Shown: piece by piece, positions 8,397-18,017 of the stretch | Layout: every line of letters begins with the position of its first letter | Position numbering within the stretch: position 1 is the stretch's first letter | IMG/VR virus record: IMGVR_UViG_3300031576_000026 | Span: 1 to 64,000 of that record | Length of the DNA stretch: 64,000 bases | Source of the DNA: a virus | Reading direction: 5' to 3' (one strand) | Translations under genes and position numbers: made by a program | The notes under the pieces: generated by a model | The model's database searches: none | Seen by the model: only the letters and a program-made list of their open reading frames with translations | Told to the model about the DNA's origin: nothing

Positions 8397-8873
8397 ATGA
8401 ATAAAGAACTAGAAGATAGATTATGCAGAGAGTTTCCGAATTTATACGCGGATATGTACAAAGATCCCATACAGAGTTGTATGGCATTTGGAATAGAAAC
8501 TGGTGATGGTTGGTTTGATCTTATTTATGATCTGTCTTCTAAATTAGAAAAAATAATTGTTGAATATAAAGAAAAATATCCAGATATAGAATATTGGCCT
8601 AAAGCAAGTCAAGTGAAAGAAAAATATTCATCTTTGAGATTTTACATGACCACATCAACAGATGAAATGGAAAGGTTAATAGATGAAGCTGAATCTAAAA
8701 GTTATCATCTTTGCGAGATGTGTGGAAAAGAGGGTCAGTGTAATCTTAATGGCTGGTTGGCAGTACGTTGCAGAGACTGTTGGAACTCTGATGTTGGTTA
8801 CGACGAAACTACTAAATTAAAGAAAGAGCAAAGACTAAAGGATCTAGAAGATGGATTTGGTGAAACAGATTAA
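8397..8873 (+). CDS. conserved phage protein with C-terminal Zn ribbon
   Basis: GDGWFDLI...QVKEKYSSLRFY...CEMCG...CRDC, a recurrent phage family. Confidence 0.75.
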   Translation: MNKELEDRLCREFPNLYADMYKDPIQSCMAFGIETGDGWFDLIYDLSSKLEKIIVEYKEKYPDIEYWPKASQVKEKYSSLRFYMTTSTDEMERLIDEAESKSYHLCEMCGKEGQCNLNGWLAVRCRDCWNSDVGYDETTKLKKEQRLKDLEDGFGETD

Positions 8874-9159
8874 AAATCTTTTTACTTTCGGATGGTTTAG
8901 TAAAAAAAGACCATCGAAAATAACAAAGAAATTTAAAGTTTATAATGATTATGTAGATTTAACTTTTTCAATGAAAGATGGGATGTCTTTTGTTCATAGA
9001 AAAATACCAGAGCATCTTTATCAGCTTCACATTCCAACTGGTCCATGGGTATTCATTTATGATCAAATTTCTACTTATTATCCAGTTTCTGACATAATCA
9101 AAATAAAGGTGAATAGATATAAAGAAGAAACTGAAATGGTGATTGAGGAGTACAAATGA
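8851..9159 (+). CDS. hypothetical protein
   Basis: ORF track; coupled overlaps. Confidence 0.55.
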   Translation: MDLVKQIKNLFTFGWFSKKRPSKITKKFKVYNDYVDLTFSMKDGMSFVHRKIPEHLYQLHIPTGPWVFIYDQISTYYPVSDIIKIKVNRYKEETEMVIEEYK

Positions 9160-9620
9160 AACTAATACTAGCCCTTGTTGTTAGAACTATTATTTTTCTT
9201 AGAAAGTTTTTTATTAAAGGTCATCTAATTCAAGGTGATCCTTCTAGATTATTTACAGATCCCACTATTTTTAGTGATATCGATGGAACATTAGTTATAT
9301 GGCATCAAGAAGATCATCTGGAAGCAATACCATTTAATTGTTATGGAACAGAATATAAACTAGTACCAAATAAAGAAAATATAAAAAAACTTAAAGAATT
9401 TCACAACAAAGGATATACAGTTATCGTATGGAGCGCAGCTGGAAGTGGCTGGTGTCAAGAAGTAGTTAAAAAACTTAAATTGAAAAAATACGTTAAGTAT
9501 TGCGTATCCAAGCCTGAGTATTTTCTCGATGATTTAAAAGCAGAAAAATTCCTTCCTGAAAATAGAAGATTTAATCATGAATATATTAAACAGGAGGATT
9601 CTAAGGTGTTAAAACTATAA
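9156..9620 (+). CDS. HAD-superfamily phosphatase-like protein
   Basis: Motif I DIDGT, motif II WSA, motif III K (SKP), motif IV DD. Confidence 0.75.
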   Translation: MKLILALVVRTIIFLRKFFIKGHLIQGDPSRLFTDPTIFSDIDGTLVIWHQEDHLEAIPFNCYGTEYKLVPNKENIKKLKEFHNKGYTVIVWSAAGSGWCQEVVKKLKLKKYVKYCVSKPEYFLDDLKAEKFLPENRRFNHEYIKQEDSKVLKL

Positions 9621-9621
9621 T

Positions 9622-9892
9622 TTCCCCAAGTCCAAGAGGGCGAAACAATCAACCCTATCGCAGCTCGGGCAACTGCAAACTGATGATCTTGTAGGGTATA
9701 TGATACATCAGCGAAGCATAGGGGGGCGATACCGGCCAGCCAAAGGAATCATGCCCAAAGGCTTAAGGGTCTATTGGACCCAAATGGTATGACATATGCT
9801 GGACAGACAGCGTTTCCCGAGTCACATGCGGGTATTCTGATCAAATAGAAGGTGTGAGGAGTTTGGGAGGTCTGGCTTAAAATCTCCCTTAT
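9622..9892 (+). ncRNA. putative structured non-coding RNA, family unknown
   Basis: GC-rich ORF-free gap with many nested helices, 5'/3' end pairing and a terminator-like last hairpin. Confidence 0.55.
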
Positions 9893-9893
9893 T

Positions 9894-10031
9894 ATGACAA
9901 AATTTATAATATATCCATTTAAATTTATTTTAAAAATACTATCTTATTACATTGAAAATAAAGATAAAAAAAGAAGATTTAAGAAGTCTCGAAAAGCCAA
10001 GATTAAAGTTAAGAGGAACAAAAGTACATAA
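9894..10031 (+). CDS. small Lys/Arg-rich protein (45 aa)
   Basis: Manual translation; no strong RBS. Confidence 0.35.
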   Translation: MTKFIIYPFKFILKILSYYIENKDKKRRFKKSRKAKIKVKRNKST

Positions 10032-10069
10032 AAGCCACAAAAAGTACAACAGAAAGGCAAATCATAAAT

Positions 10070-10279
10070 ATGAACGGGAAGAAAGAGACTAGATTAATAT
10101 CATGTAAGGTTTGTAAGGAAGTAAAAGAAGCATTTCAGGATGGATTCTACCCAAAAGGAATTAACAGGCGTTGGCGAGATTCCGATGGGAGGATGTTTAA
10201 TGGTAAAGTTTGCCCTATTTGTAATGCGGAACGTACGAAATCACACGCACAAAAGAAACGCCTATTAAACACTATGTGA
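10070..10279 (+). CDS. small Zn-finger protein
   Basis: CKVC ... CPIC. Confidence 0.6.
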   Translation: MNGKKETRLISCKVCKEVKEAFQDGFYPKGINRRWRDSDGRMFNGKVCPICNAERTKSHAQKKRLLNTM

Positions 10280-10289
10280 TACTAATAAA

Positions 10290-11189
10290 ATGAAAAAATT
10301 AGATCTAGCATATGGTAATCCAGCTTTTCTTCATCCATATTGGGATGAGAAAACTTTAAAACTACCCCAAATTAAATCTTTTACTCATTCATATACTTAC
10401 GATGGAATTCCAGAATTAAAAGATGCTATAGTCAAATTACACAAACAAGAAACCAACGCATCAACTATTAATAGATATATTGTTGTGGGTAATGGTGCTG
10501 GACAAGTATTATCTTCGGCAATTCATGCCCTGAATTCTCCGGTATTTGCAGCAATACCCCATTTCCAAAGATTCCCATTTTATGCAAAAAATGCAGGATA
10601 TCCGTGGATGGAATGTTATAATCCAGATTTTACACAAATTATCACATGTCCGAATAATCCGGACAATTTCAATGAATATCATGACTATGGCTGTAAAAAA
10701 ATTTTTGATTTAAGTTATAACTGGAGGACGTACACCGATCCTATTTTTTTTGATGAAGATATTATGATTTTTAGTTTGAGTAAATCTCTGGGAATGGCTT
10801 CGGCGCGTATAGGCTGGGCTCTAGTTAGAGATAAAAAAATAGCTGAGAAAATGAGAGACTATATAGAATATAATACAGGGGGAGTATCCATCTATTCACA
10901 AATGGAAGCTGTAGATCATTTATCATCTCAACTCTATGATAATAACAAAATATTTGACTATGGAAGAATTATTCTAAGGAATAGATGGTGCAAAATTTTT
11001 CAAGCCAAGCCAGATTTTATTCCTCTGAATATAAATGGACAATTTTTATGGGGATTGGGGAATCCTCCCCCCAACGTCGAAGTTGTTGAAGGAAAAAAAT
11101 TTGGGGCAAATGATTCCTTTTTTCGTATTAATTTGGGATGTTCAAATAAACATTTTGAAACTCTGTTATGTTATCTTCAGAAGAAATAG
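10290..11189 (+). CDS. PLP-dependent fold-type I enzyme, alliinase/tryptophan aminotransferase (TAA1)-like
   Basis: YIVVGNGAGQ, CPNNPD, DLSYNW, FSLSK(PLP lysine)SLG..SARIGWALVRD. Confidence 0.8.
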   Translation: MKKLDLAYGNPAFLHPYWDEKTLKLPQIKSFTHSYTYDGIPELKDAIVKLHKQETNASTINRYIVVGNGAGQVLSSAIHALNSPVFAAIPHFQRFPFYAKNAGYPWMECYNPDFTQIITCPNNPDNFNEYHDYGCKKIFDLSYNWRTYTDPIFFDEDIMIFSLSKSLGMASARIGWALVRDKKIAEKMRDYIEYNTGGVSIYSQMEAVDHLSSQLYDNNKIFDYGRIILRNRWCKIFQAKPDFIPLNINGQFLWGLGNPPPNVEVVEGKKFGANDSFFRINLGCSNKHFETLLCYLQKK

Positions 11190-11440
11190 ATCATCTTATT
11201 AAAGAAACCATGGATGTTGGAAATCGCGTGAAGACTTCTTATAATCTAGTGATGTCTTTGAATAATAAAGAAAGTCGAGCTACATATACCCAAGATCTTT
11301 TAATTATGATTGAGGCTTATAAGGATTTGTGTCTCATATTAAAAAATGAATTGGATGTGTATATAAAAGAAGAATCTAAAAATAATAAACCCATTAATTT
11401 AATTTATAGGAAAATTTTTCGTTGCTTGAGTATTAATTAG
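11168..11440 (+). CDS. hypothetical protein
   Basis: ORF track. Confidence 0.5.
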   Translation: MLSSEEIDHLIKETMDVGNRVKTSYNLVMSLNNKESRATYTQDLLIMIEAYKDLCLILKNELDVYIKEESKNNKPINLIYRKIFRCLSIN

Positions 11441-11843
11441 TCATTTTGAAGTATGGTATAAAGATTCTTTTACCGCTTTGGGGTGGATATATTTGGCAAT
11501 GAACCCAAGAAGGCGTAAAGCTTTTATCTTCTAAATAAACCCCTAATTTTTCTAATAATTTCAAGTTATCTATACACCAATTCCAAAACTGTCTATCTCT
11601 ATCCCAAACATCACAAGCTGCTGCTAATATGTGCGTACTTTTCCTGGGTTTTCTTCCTGCTGCGCTATCTATTCTAACCTGATCTTCTTCACTACGAACC
11701 CCAGAAGTAATTATTATGGGCTTTCCATAAGCTTTTCTGATCTCATTCATTACTTCATAAAGCTTTTCAAAATTTTTCTTTTTTTCCTCAGTTAGGGGAT
11801 AATCATGAGGATTTAATTCTTTTCGCGTAATAGCCATATTCAA
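11433..11843 (-). CDS. peptidase M15-family endolysin
   Basis: ITSGVRS, SxH-x6-D (STHILAAACD), WVH Zn ligands. Confidence 0.8.
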   Translation of the reverse strand: MNMAITRKELNPHDYPLTEEKKKNFEKLYEVMNEIRKAYGKPIIITSGVRSEEDQVRIDSAAGRKPRKSTHILAAACDVWDRDRQFWNWCIDNLKLLEKLGVYLEDKSFTPSWVHCQIYPPQSGKRIFIPYFKMTN

Positions 11844-11912
11844 TGAAAGTTGTTAAATCCCGAAAATTATTCACAATTTCAATACTTCTTTAATATTTTC
11901 CATATTTTAGAA

Positions 11913-11922
11913 TTAACAACTA
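11913..11922 (+). promoter_or_regulatory. TTAACAACTA motif (candidate late promoter) before the terminase operon
   Basis: Identical 10-mer also at 16205, 23440, 24827, 26791, 34096 and 43121, each at a gene boundary. Confidence 0.65.
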
Positions 11923-12018
11923 TATATGAAAATAGAAGCGGATAGGCCAACTGCTACACAATGTAGCTCTATAATTAACCAGTGGTAATCCAAATCTTTT
12001 CACAACTAGGAGAATAAT

Positions 12019-12309
12019 ATGTCTTCAGCTATTAGATATCTAGCTTTGGGACTCTTTTGTATTACATCATTTAAAGGTCTCTATTATGGCTTTACGTGGA
12101 TTGAAATTCCTTTATTGGCTATCATGGCATGTTTAAGTATGTTTTATGAATACAATTCACAGAATAAAAAGTGGAAAGAACTAAGTGATAAATGTAATTC
12201 CCTTCAAAAAAATCACGGTGATTTGGTACAAAATATAGACCAACTAAAAACACATGTGGCTGGATTAAAGCTAGGAACACAATTACGAAGTTCGAATCTG
12301 GTAAAATAA
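12019..12309 (+). CDS. membrane protein with two TM segments and a coiled coil
   Basis: Hydrophobic N-terminus; GGAG RBS. Confidence 0.65.
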   Translation: MSSAIRYLALGLFCITSFKGLYYGFTWIEIPLLAIMACLSMFYEYNSQNKKWKELSDKCNSLQKNHGDLVQNIDQLKTHVAGLKLGTQLRSSNLVK

Positions 12310-12723
12310 ATGGATAATATTTATAACTTAACAAGTCAATTTAAAGATTTCTCCGAACTTCAGGAATATGCGAATTCACAATATCGATTAATAGTTGATT
12401 TATCAAGAAAAATAAATGATCTAGAAGCCGAAAATAAACATTTAAAGATTCTGTTGGAGGGGGCAGTACCTTTAATAGGTCAAAAACCATCGGAATCTAT
12501 AGTTACTGATTTATCCGATGAAGAGGTGATTTGTAGAACTCAAATTAAGATCTTAAAAGATACCGCACTAGATCGAGAATTTACCAATGATGAGGCTAAA
12601 AAATTTGATATTTTTGTTAAAACCTTATTATCGTTGAAGTCTAAAGAAGACAATTCATCGTCCAAACTCTCTAAAGTGAAGGATTCAGATTTATTAGAAG
12701 TCTTGATTACTAGTAATGAGTAA
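12310..12723 (+). CDS. putative terminase small subunit
   Basis: Directly upstream of and overlapping terL; helical; position-based only. Confidence 0.45.
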   Translation: MDNIYNLTSQFKDFSELQEYANSQYRLIVDLSRKINDLEAENKHLKILLEGAVPLIGQKPSESIVTDLSDEEVICRTQIKILKDTALDREFTNDEAKKFDIFVKTLLSLKSKEDNSSSKLSKVKDSDLLEVLITSNE

Positions 12724-14170
12724 TATGACAAAACAAGAAGCCAAAAATCAACTCTGGAGAAGGGGCATACTTTCTTGGAAATTAGACAAGGCTCAGAAAG
12801 AACTATATAAATTATTTTATGAATCTGATCATAAGGTCCAGACTTGGTTACTGAGTAGAAGAAACGGAAAAACATATTCACTAATCATATTGGCTGCTGA
12901 GATATGTATAAAACATAAGGATAGTATTATAAAATTCGTAGCTCCTACCAAGTTACAGATTAATAATATATTACGTCCATTATTTAAACAGATTTTTGAA
13001 GATTGCCCGGAAGATATAAAACCGGAATTTCGCGCGAAAGACTACATTTATTATTTTCCTAATGGAAGCGAAATCCAATTAGCCGGAACTGATAATCAAC
13101 ATGCCGAGAAATTAAGAGGTGGTGATAGCACAATAGCAATAGTTGATGAGGCAGGAAGCTGTTCTAATTTGGAATATGTGGTGAAAAGTATTTTGCTACC
13201 AACTACTTTGGTCACAAAGGGTAAGGTTATACTAGCTAGCACTCCACCAGAAGAACCAGAACATGATTTTATTAAGTTTATAGAAGATGCGGAAATGAGG
13301 GGTTCTTTAATCAAAAAAACCATAGAAGACAATCCTAGATTGACTAAAGTGGAAGTAGAACAATTCATAATTGAACTTGGTGGTAGAAATAGTGCAGCAT
13401 GTAGACGAGAGCTATTTTGCGAAATAATTAAAGATTCTTCCCTGGCCGTAATTCCAGAATTTTCTCCAGACTTGGAAAAAGAAATCGTTAGGGAATGGCC
13501 CAAACCGCCTTTTTTTGATGGGTATGTATCAATGGATTTGGGATTTAAAGATTTAACTGCTGTCTTATTTGGATATTATGATTTCAGAACGGATAAGGTC
13601 ATATTGGAAGATGAATTAGTTATAGATTTTTCAGATTCTAATAATAATTTACCAAATCTCATCGATAAAATCAAAAATAAAGAAAAAGAACTATGGTTTA
13701 ACATATTAACCAATGAAGTAAAAAAACCATACATGAGGGTTAGTGATATTAACTATATAGTAACTCAAGAAATTGCTAGGGCATCTCAAGGAGAAATTTC
13801 CTTTATTCCAACAAGAAAAGATGATAAAGACGCAGCATTAAATACTTTTCGAATGATGATTGCAAATAAAAAAGTCATTATTAATCCGAAGTGTAAAAAT
13901 ACTATACGTCATTTAAGAAATGTTAGATGGGCTAGTAAACTTAACCATAAAACATTCGGAAGATCCCCAGATAATGGACATTATGATTGTGTAGATGCTG
14001 CTATTTATTTCATTAGATCTATAGCTTATGGTAAAAATCCTTACCCAGCTCATTATAATGTAAATATGAAAGATCTATTTATCCACAATCCAGAAAAGTT
14101 CAATAAAGCAAATAATCAAATAGATATATTTAAGCATGTTTTTAGAAAGGTAAAGAAAATTTATGGCTAA
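12716..14170 (+). CDS. terL: terminase large subunit
   Basis: Walker A SRRNGKT, Walker B IVDEAG, coupling motif ASTP, nuclease MDLG...D and HYDCVDA. Confidence 0.93.
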   Translation: MSNMTKQEAKNQLWRRGILSWKLDKAQKELYKLFYESDHKVQTWLLSRRNGKTYSLIILAAEICIKHKDSIIKFVAPTKLQINNILRPLFKQIFEDCPEDIKPEFRAKDYIYYFPNGSEIQLAGTDNQHAEKLRGGDSTIAIVDEAGSCSNLEYVVKSILLPTTLVTKGKVILASTPPEEPEHDFIKFIEDAEMRGSLIKKTIEDNPRLTKVEVEQFIIELGGRNSAACRRELFCEIIKDSSLAVIPEFSPDLEKEIVREWPKPPFFDGYVSMDLGFKDLTAVLFGYYDFRTDKVILEDELVIDFSDSNNNLPNLIDKIKNKEKELWFNILTNEVKKPYMRVSDINYIVTQEIARASQGEISFIPTRKDDKDAALNTFRMMIANKKVIINPKCKNTIRHLRNVRWASKLNHKTFGRSPDNGHYDCVDAAIYFIRSIAYGKNPYPAHYNVNMKDLFIHNPEKFNKANNQIDIFKHVFRKVKKIYG

Positions 14171-16208
14171 TGAAAATACATCCCAAGATATTCCACTAAA
14201 TAAGTATTTCGCAGCTCAGGAAGCTAATAAAACAGCCAGTGTATTATTAAATAAAGCTGAAACATTTTTTAATGTCCTAAAATCTAATGCTTATATTGAA
14301 AAAATTAATAAGATGTGGCGCGCATATCATGGTGCATACAATCAAGATTTAGGTTATGGTCATGAAGTCAATTTCACAGGAGAGCAAGGAGAACTAGTTT
14401 CTCTGCCAGTTAATCATTTCCGTAATTTGGCTCAACATATGTATAATATTATAACAGCCAATCGTCCAACTATGGAAGCTAGAGCTATAAATACAGATTA
14501 TAAATCTTTGGCTCAAACTTATTTAGCAAATGGAATTCTTGATTACTATATGAGAGAAAAACATTTGGAAGCTGCTTTAAAAAAGGCAGTTGAATACGCT
14601 ATTGTTATGGGATCTGGATTTATACAGCTCTCATGGAATGCGACTTCTGGCGAAGCATATGATTATGATGAGGATACTGGAGAATTTCGTTATGAGGGAG
14701 AAATAGAATTTTCTAATTTATCCCCATTAGATGTGGTTTTTGATGGAACAAAAGAATCATGGAATCATGATTGGCTTTTGGTGCGTTCATTTCAAAATAG
14801 ATTTAATCTAATGGCCAAATACCCAGAACTAGCCGAAAAAATTAAGGGGATTCCACCTAAGACGGATAGTACTATATATAGATTGGCCATTTGGTCTAAT
14901 GATGACACTGATGATATTCCTGTTTATGAATTTTACCACAAAAGAACTGAAGCTATTCCTGATGGTCGTTATATTTTATTTTTAAATGATGATGTTATTT
15001 TATTAGATACTAAATTACCATACAGAGTTTTACCTATATTTAGAATTGCCCCAAGTGATATATTGGGCACTCCTTATGGGTATACACCAATGTTCGATGT
15101 TTACCCCATCCAAGAGAGTATTAACGCTCTATATAGCATGATTATGACAAATCAAAATGCATTTGGTGTACAAAATGTTTACGTTCCACGCGGAGCCGAT
15201 ATTCAAGTAAATTCTCTAGAGGGGGCAATGAATATTATTGAGGGTAATGCCAAACCCGAACCATTACAATTAACCAATACTCCCGCAGAAGTATTTAAAT
15301 TCCTTCAAGAGTTAATTCAAGCTGCTGAAACTATTTCAGGAATTAATTCAGTAGCTAGAGGAAATCCAGAAGCATCATTAAAGAGTGGAGCAGCTTTAGC
15401 TCTTGTGCAAAGTATGGCTCTACAGTTCATATCCGGATTACAGCAAAGTTATATTAAATTAGTAGAAGATGTTGGAACAGCACTTCTTCAAATTCTCAAA
15501 GATTTCTCCACTACACCTAAAGTTATAGCATTAGTAGGTAAAAACAATAGGCCGCTTTTAAAAGAATTTACAGGAGAGGACATTAATGCTATTAATAGAG
15601 TAGTTGTGGATGTCGGAAATCCTTTGAGTCGCACTGTGGCTGGAAGAGTTCAAATGGCAGAACAATTATTACAAATGAAATTACTCAAAAGTCCTCAACA
15701 ATATTTTCAAGTTATTAATACTGGAAGACTGGACGTTACTTTTGAAGGCGATATGAGTGAATTGCTATTAATTAAAGCGGAAAATGAAAGAATGATGGAG
15801 GGAGAAAGAATTCAAGCGATTGCATTAGATCAACATACACTTCATATAAATGAACATAAGGCAGTTTTAGCTGATCCGGATTTAAGAAAGGATGAAGAAT
15901 TAGTTAAAAATACATTAGATCATATACAAGAACATATTACATTACTAAAAACAACAGATCCTGATCTACTTCAAATTATTGGTCAACAACCACTTCAACC
16001 TTCTCCACAACAACCACCAGTACAACCATTAGAAAGAAGTCCAATGGGGGGATTACTGGAAACTGAACAAGGATTAGTTCCGGCGGGAGAACAGATAACA
16101 GGCCCTGGAATTCCGACGGCACAAATGCCTTCTTTACCCAAACCTCCAGCTCCCTTTGAACAACTTCCAATAACCGCTGAAGAATTAGGTCCAACTGGAA
16201 TTACTTAA
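14163..16208 (+). CDS. portal protein
   Basis: 681 aa after terL; ISGINSVARG..SG.A segment typical of P22-like portals; Pro/Gln-rich tail. Confidence 0.85.
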   Translation: MANENTSQDIPLNKYFAAQEANKTASVLLNKAETFFNVLKSNAYIEKINKMWRAYHGAYNQDLGYGHEVNFTGEQGELVSLPVNHFRNLAQHMYNIITANRPTMEARAINTDYKSLAQTYLANGILDYYMREKHLEAALKKAVEYAIVMGSGFIQLSWNATSGEAYDYDEDTGEFRYEGEIEFSNLSPLDVVFDGTKESWNHDWLLVRSFQNRFNLMAKYPELAEKIKGIPPKTDSTIYRLAIWSNDDTDDIPVYEFYHKRTEAIPDGRYILFLNDDVILLDTKLPYRVLPIFRIAPSDILGTPYGYTPMFDVYPIQESINALYSMIMTNQNAFGVQNVYVPRGADIQVNSLEGAMNIIEGNAKPEPLQLTNTPAEVFKFLQELIQAAETISGINSVARGNPEASLKSGAALALVQSMALQFISGLQQSYIKLVEDVGTALLQILKDFSTTPKVIALVGKNNRPLLKEFTGEDINAINRVVVDVGNPLSRTVAGRVQMAEQLLQMKLLKSPQQYFQVINTGRLDVTFEGDMSELLLIKAENERMMEGERIQAIALDQHTLHINEHKAVLADPDLRKDEELVKNTLDHIQEHITLLKTTDPDLLQIIGQQPLQPSPQQPPVQPLERSPMGGLLETEQGLVPAGEQITGPGIPTAQMPSLPKPPAPFEQLPITAEELGPTGIT

Positions 16209-16227
16209 CAACTATTAGAGGAAGAAT

Positions 16228-16734
16228 ATGCCTCCTCTGGCAACAACATTAGATGGGAGTCAGGTTCTCCAGCATTCTTTTGAAGAATCAACTGGTAGAA
16301 TAAGAGTTGATACTGGCGCGACTATAATTGGTGGTGATCTTGAAGTTGCAATTGATCACACAGAAGACTCCATTCGACTAGGAGATGGAACTAGTTTTTT
16401 CACTTCCACTAGTGGTGGGGGTAAAGTTGGTTTAGATGTTAATGTTTTAGAGGCAAATACACCTCAAATATTTAACGTATCTATTCCTTTAGCAAACACA
16501 GAAGTTTCACAGGCATTACCTACTGGAACTAAATATTTTTTAATAAGAGTGAGAGGAAGTTCTTCTCTTTTAAAATTGGCTTTTTCTGCGGGAACTTCAG
16601 GAACTACATTTGTTGAAGTTAATAGAGGAACAGTATATTCCTCGCCCGTAGTAACAGCCGGATCAGTGACTTTATATTTTCAGACAACACAAGCCAGTCA
16701 AACAGCTGAAATTTTAGTTTGGAAATTAGTTTAA
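16228..16734 (+). CDS. virion structural (decoration/spike-base-like) protein
   Basis: N-terminal LDGSQVLQHSFEES motif plus small beta-sandwich domain. Confidence 0.6.
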   Translation: MPPLATTLDGSQVLQHSFEESTGRIRVDTGATIIGGDLEVAIDHTEDSIRLGDGTSFFTSTSGGGKVGLDVNVLEANTPQIFNVSIPLANTEVSQALPTGTKYFLIRVRGSSSLLKLAFSAGTSGTTFVEVNRGTVYSSPVVTAGSVTLYFQTTQASQTAEILVWKLV

Positions 16735-16759
16735 CATACAATGAGGAGATAAAATAATA

Positions 16760-17689
16760 ATGAGTGGTTTAACTAAAGATAAATTAATATTAGATACAAG
16801 TAATCTAACAGAAAGCGATAACGTGGGTGCATATGTTAGATCATCTGATGGTACTTTAATTGATCACACCACTCTACTCGGCAAAGATGCTTTAGATGTT
16901 CATCCAGTTGCTGATGGAGATAGTGGTGTTTTCACAGAAGATTCTGTTCATTCTTCTGGACACAGAGGTCAATTTGTGCTTTCTGTTCGCCATGATACTA
17001 ATACAAGCCTGGTCGATGCTGATGGTGATTATGCACCTTTACAGGTTGATTCTGTCGGTAGACTTAAGGTTTCTGCTGATTTAGATGTCACAAGTTCATT
17101 CGAAAAAATTGAAGATAGTGCTCATGTATCAGGCGATACTGGTGCATATGTTTTAGCCGTTCGTCAAAATACTCTAACTTCTAGTGTTGATATGGATGGT
17201 GATTATGCCTCCTTCAAATTAAATGATAGGGGAGCTTTATGGACTGTTCCTATTGGAACTGTTGCCGATGATGCTGTTGATACAGAAAATCCAGTTAAAG
17301 TTGGGTCTAGAGCATATTTTGGTGCTCCATTAGCAGCAATTTCAACTTCCGGAGACAGAGCTAACGTTCTTTCTGATAAATATCGAAGATTATGGATAAA
17401 TGATAGTTCTAATGTTCAGCTTAAAAGAGCACCAGTTACTGTCGGAACTTCTGCTGTTAATCTTGTTGCTTCTCCAATAGATAGTCGTAAGATCTTTCTT
17501 GTACAAAATCTCGGAAATAAAGCAATTTTTATTGGTCATCATGTACCAATTACAGACGAATTAACAACATCTAATGGGTTTAGAATTGCAGCAGGTGCTA
17601 CTATATCTTTAGAATTAGGACCAGATGTTTCTGCATACGCGATTTCTTCTGGTGCCGGACAAGATGTTAGATTATTAGAAGTTGGTTAA
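16760..17689 (+). CDS. virion structural protein with internal duplication
   Basis: Two EDS.H.SG..G..VL.VR...DGDYA units and a C-terminal jelly-roll-like domain. Confidence 0.6.
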   Translation: MSGLTKDKLILDTSNLTESDNVGAYVRSSDGTLIDHTTLLGKDALDVHPVADGDSGVFTEDSVHSSGHRGQFVLSVRHDTNTSLVDADGDYAPLQVDSVGRLKVSADLDVTSSFEKIEDSAHVSGDTGAYVLAVRQNTLTSSVDMDGDYASFKLNDRGALWTVPIGTVADDAVDTENPVKVGSRAYFGAPLAAISTSGDRANVLSDKYRRLWINDSSNVQLKRAPVTVGTSAVNLVASPIDSRKIFLVQNLGNKAIFIGHHVPITDELTTSNGFRIAAGATISLELGPDVSAYAISSGAGQDVRLLEVG

Positions 17690-17705
17690 TTAAAGGTTAT
17701 AATTT

Positions 17706-18017
17706 GTGGGCAATCTTTTCGAAAGTCCTGAATTTAGCGATGTTTTAAATGATTCTTATATTACAGGAACAGTCACTGCTACAACATCACAAATCGAACT
17801 TAAAGTTGGAGGAAGCCCCCTAGTGGGAAGAGAACTTTTAATTATTCATAATAATGGTTCTAAAGATATATGGATTGGTCCATCTGGAGTAACAACATCC
17901 AATGGTATTCCTGTAGAAGATGGTGAAACTATCACTATTTCTGTTGGTCAAAATCTTAGTGTATATGCTATTACATCTAGTGGAACGGCATCTGTTGTTG
18001 TACAAGAGTTGGGATAA
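17706..18017 (+). CDS. small beta-sandwich virion protein
   Basis: Resembles the C-terminal domain of 16760 (R...I.N.G...I.IG...TSNG). Confidence 0.6.
   Translation: MGNLFESPEFSDVLNDSYITGTVTATTSQIELKVGGSPLVGRELLIIHNNGSKDIWIGPSGVTTSNGIPVEDGETITISVGQNLSVYAITSSGTASVVVQELG

Noticed and set aside
9634-9692. Hammerhead ribozyme (CTGATGA and CGAAAC present) or SAM-I riboswitch (CCAAGAG, GGCAAC)
   Set aside because: Required stems are not adjacent to the core nucleotides, no stem III with NUH could be built, and the SAM-I P1/P3 partners are missing
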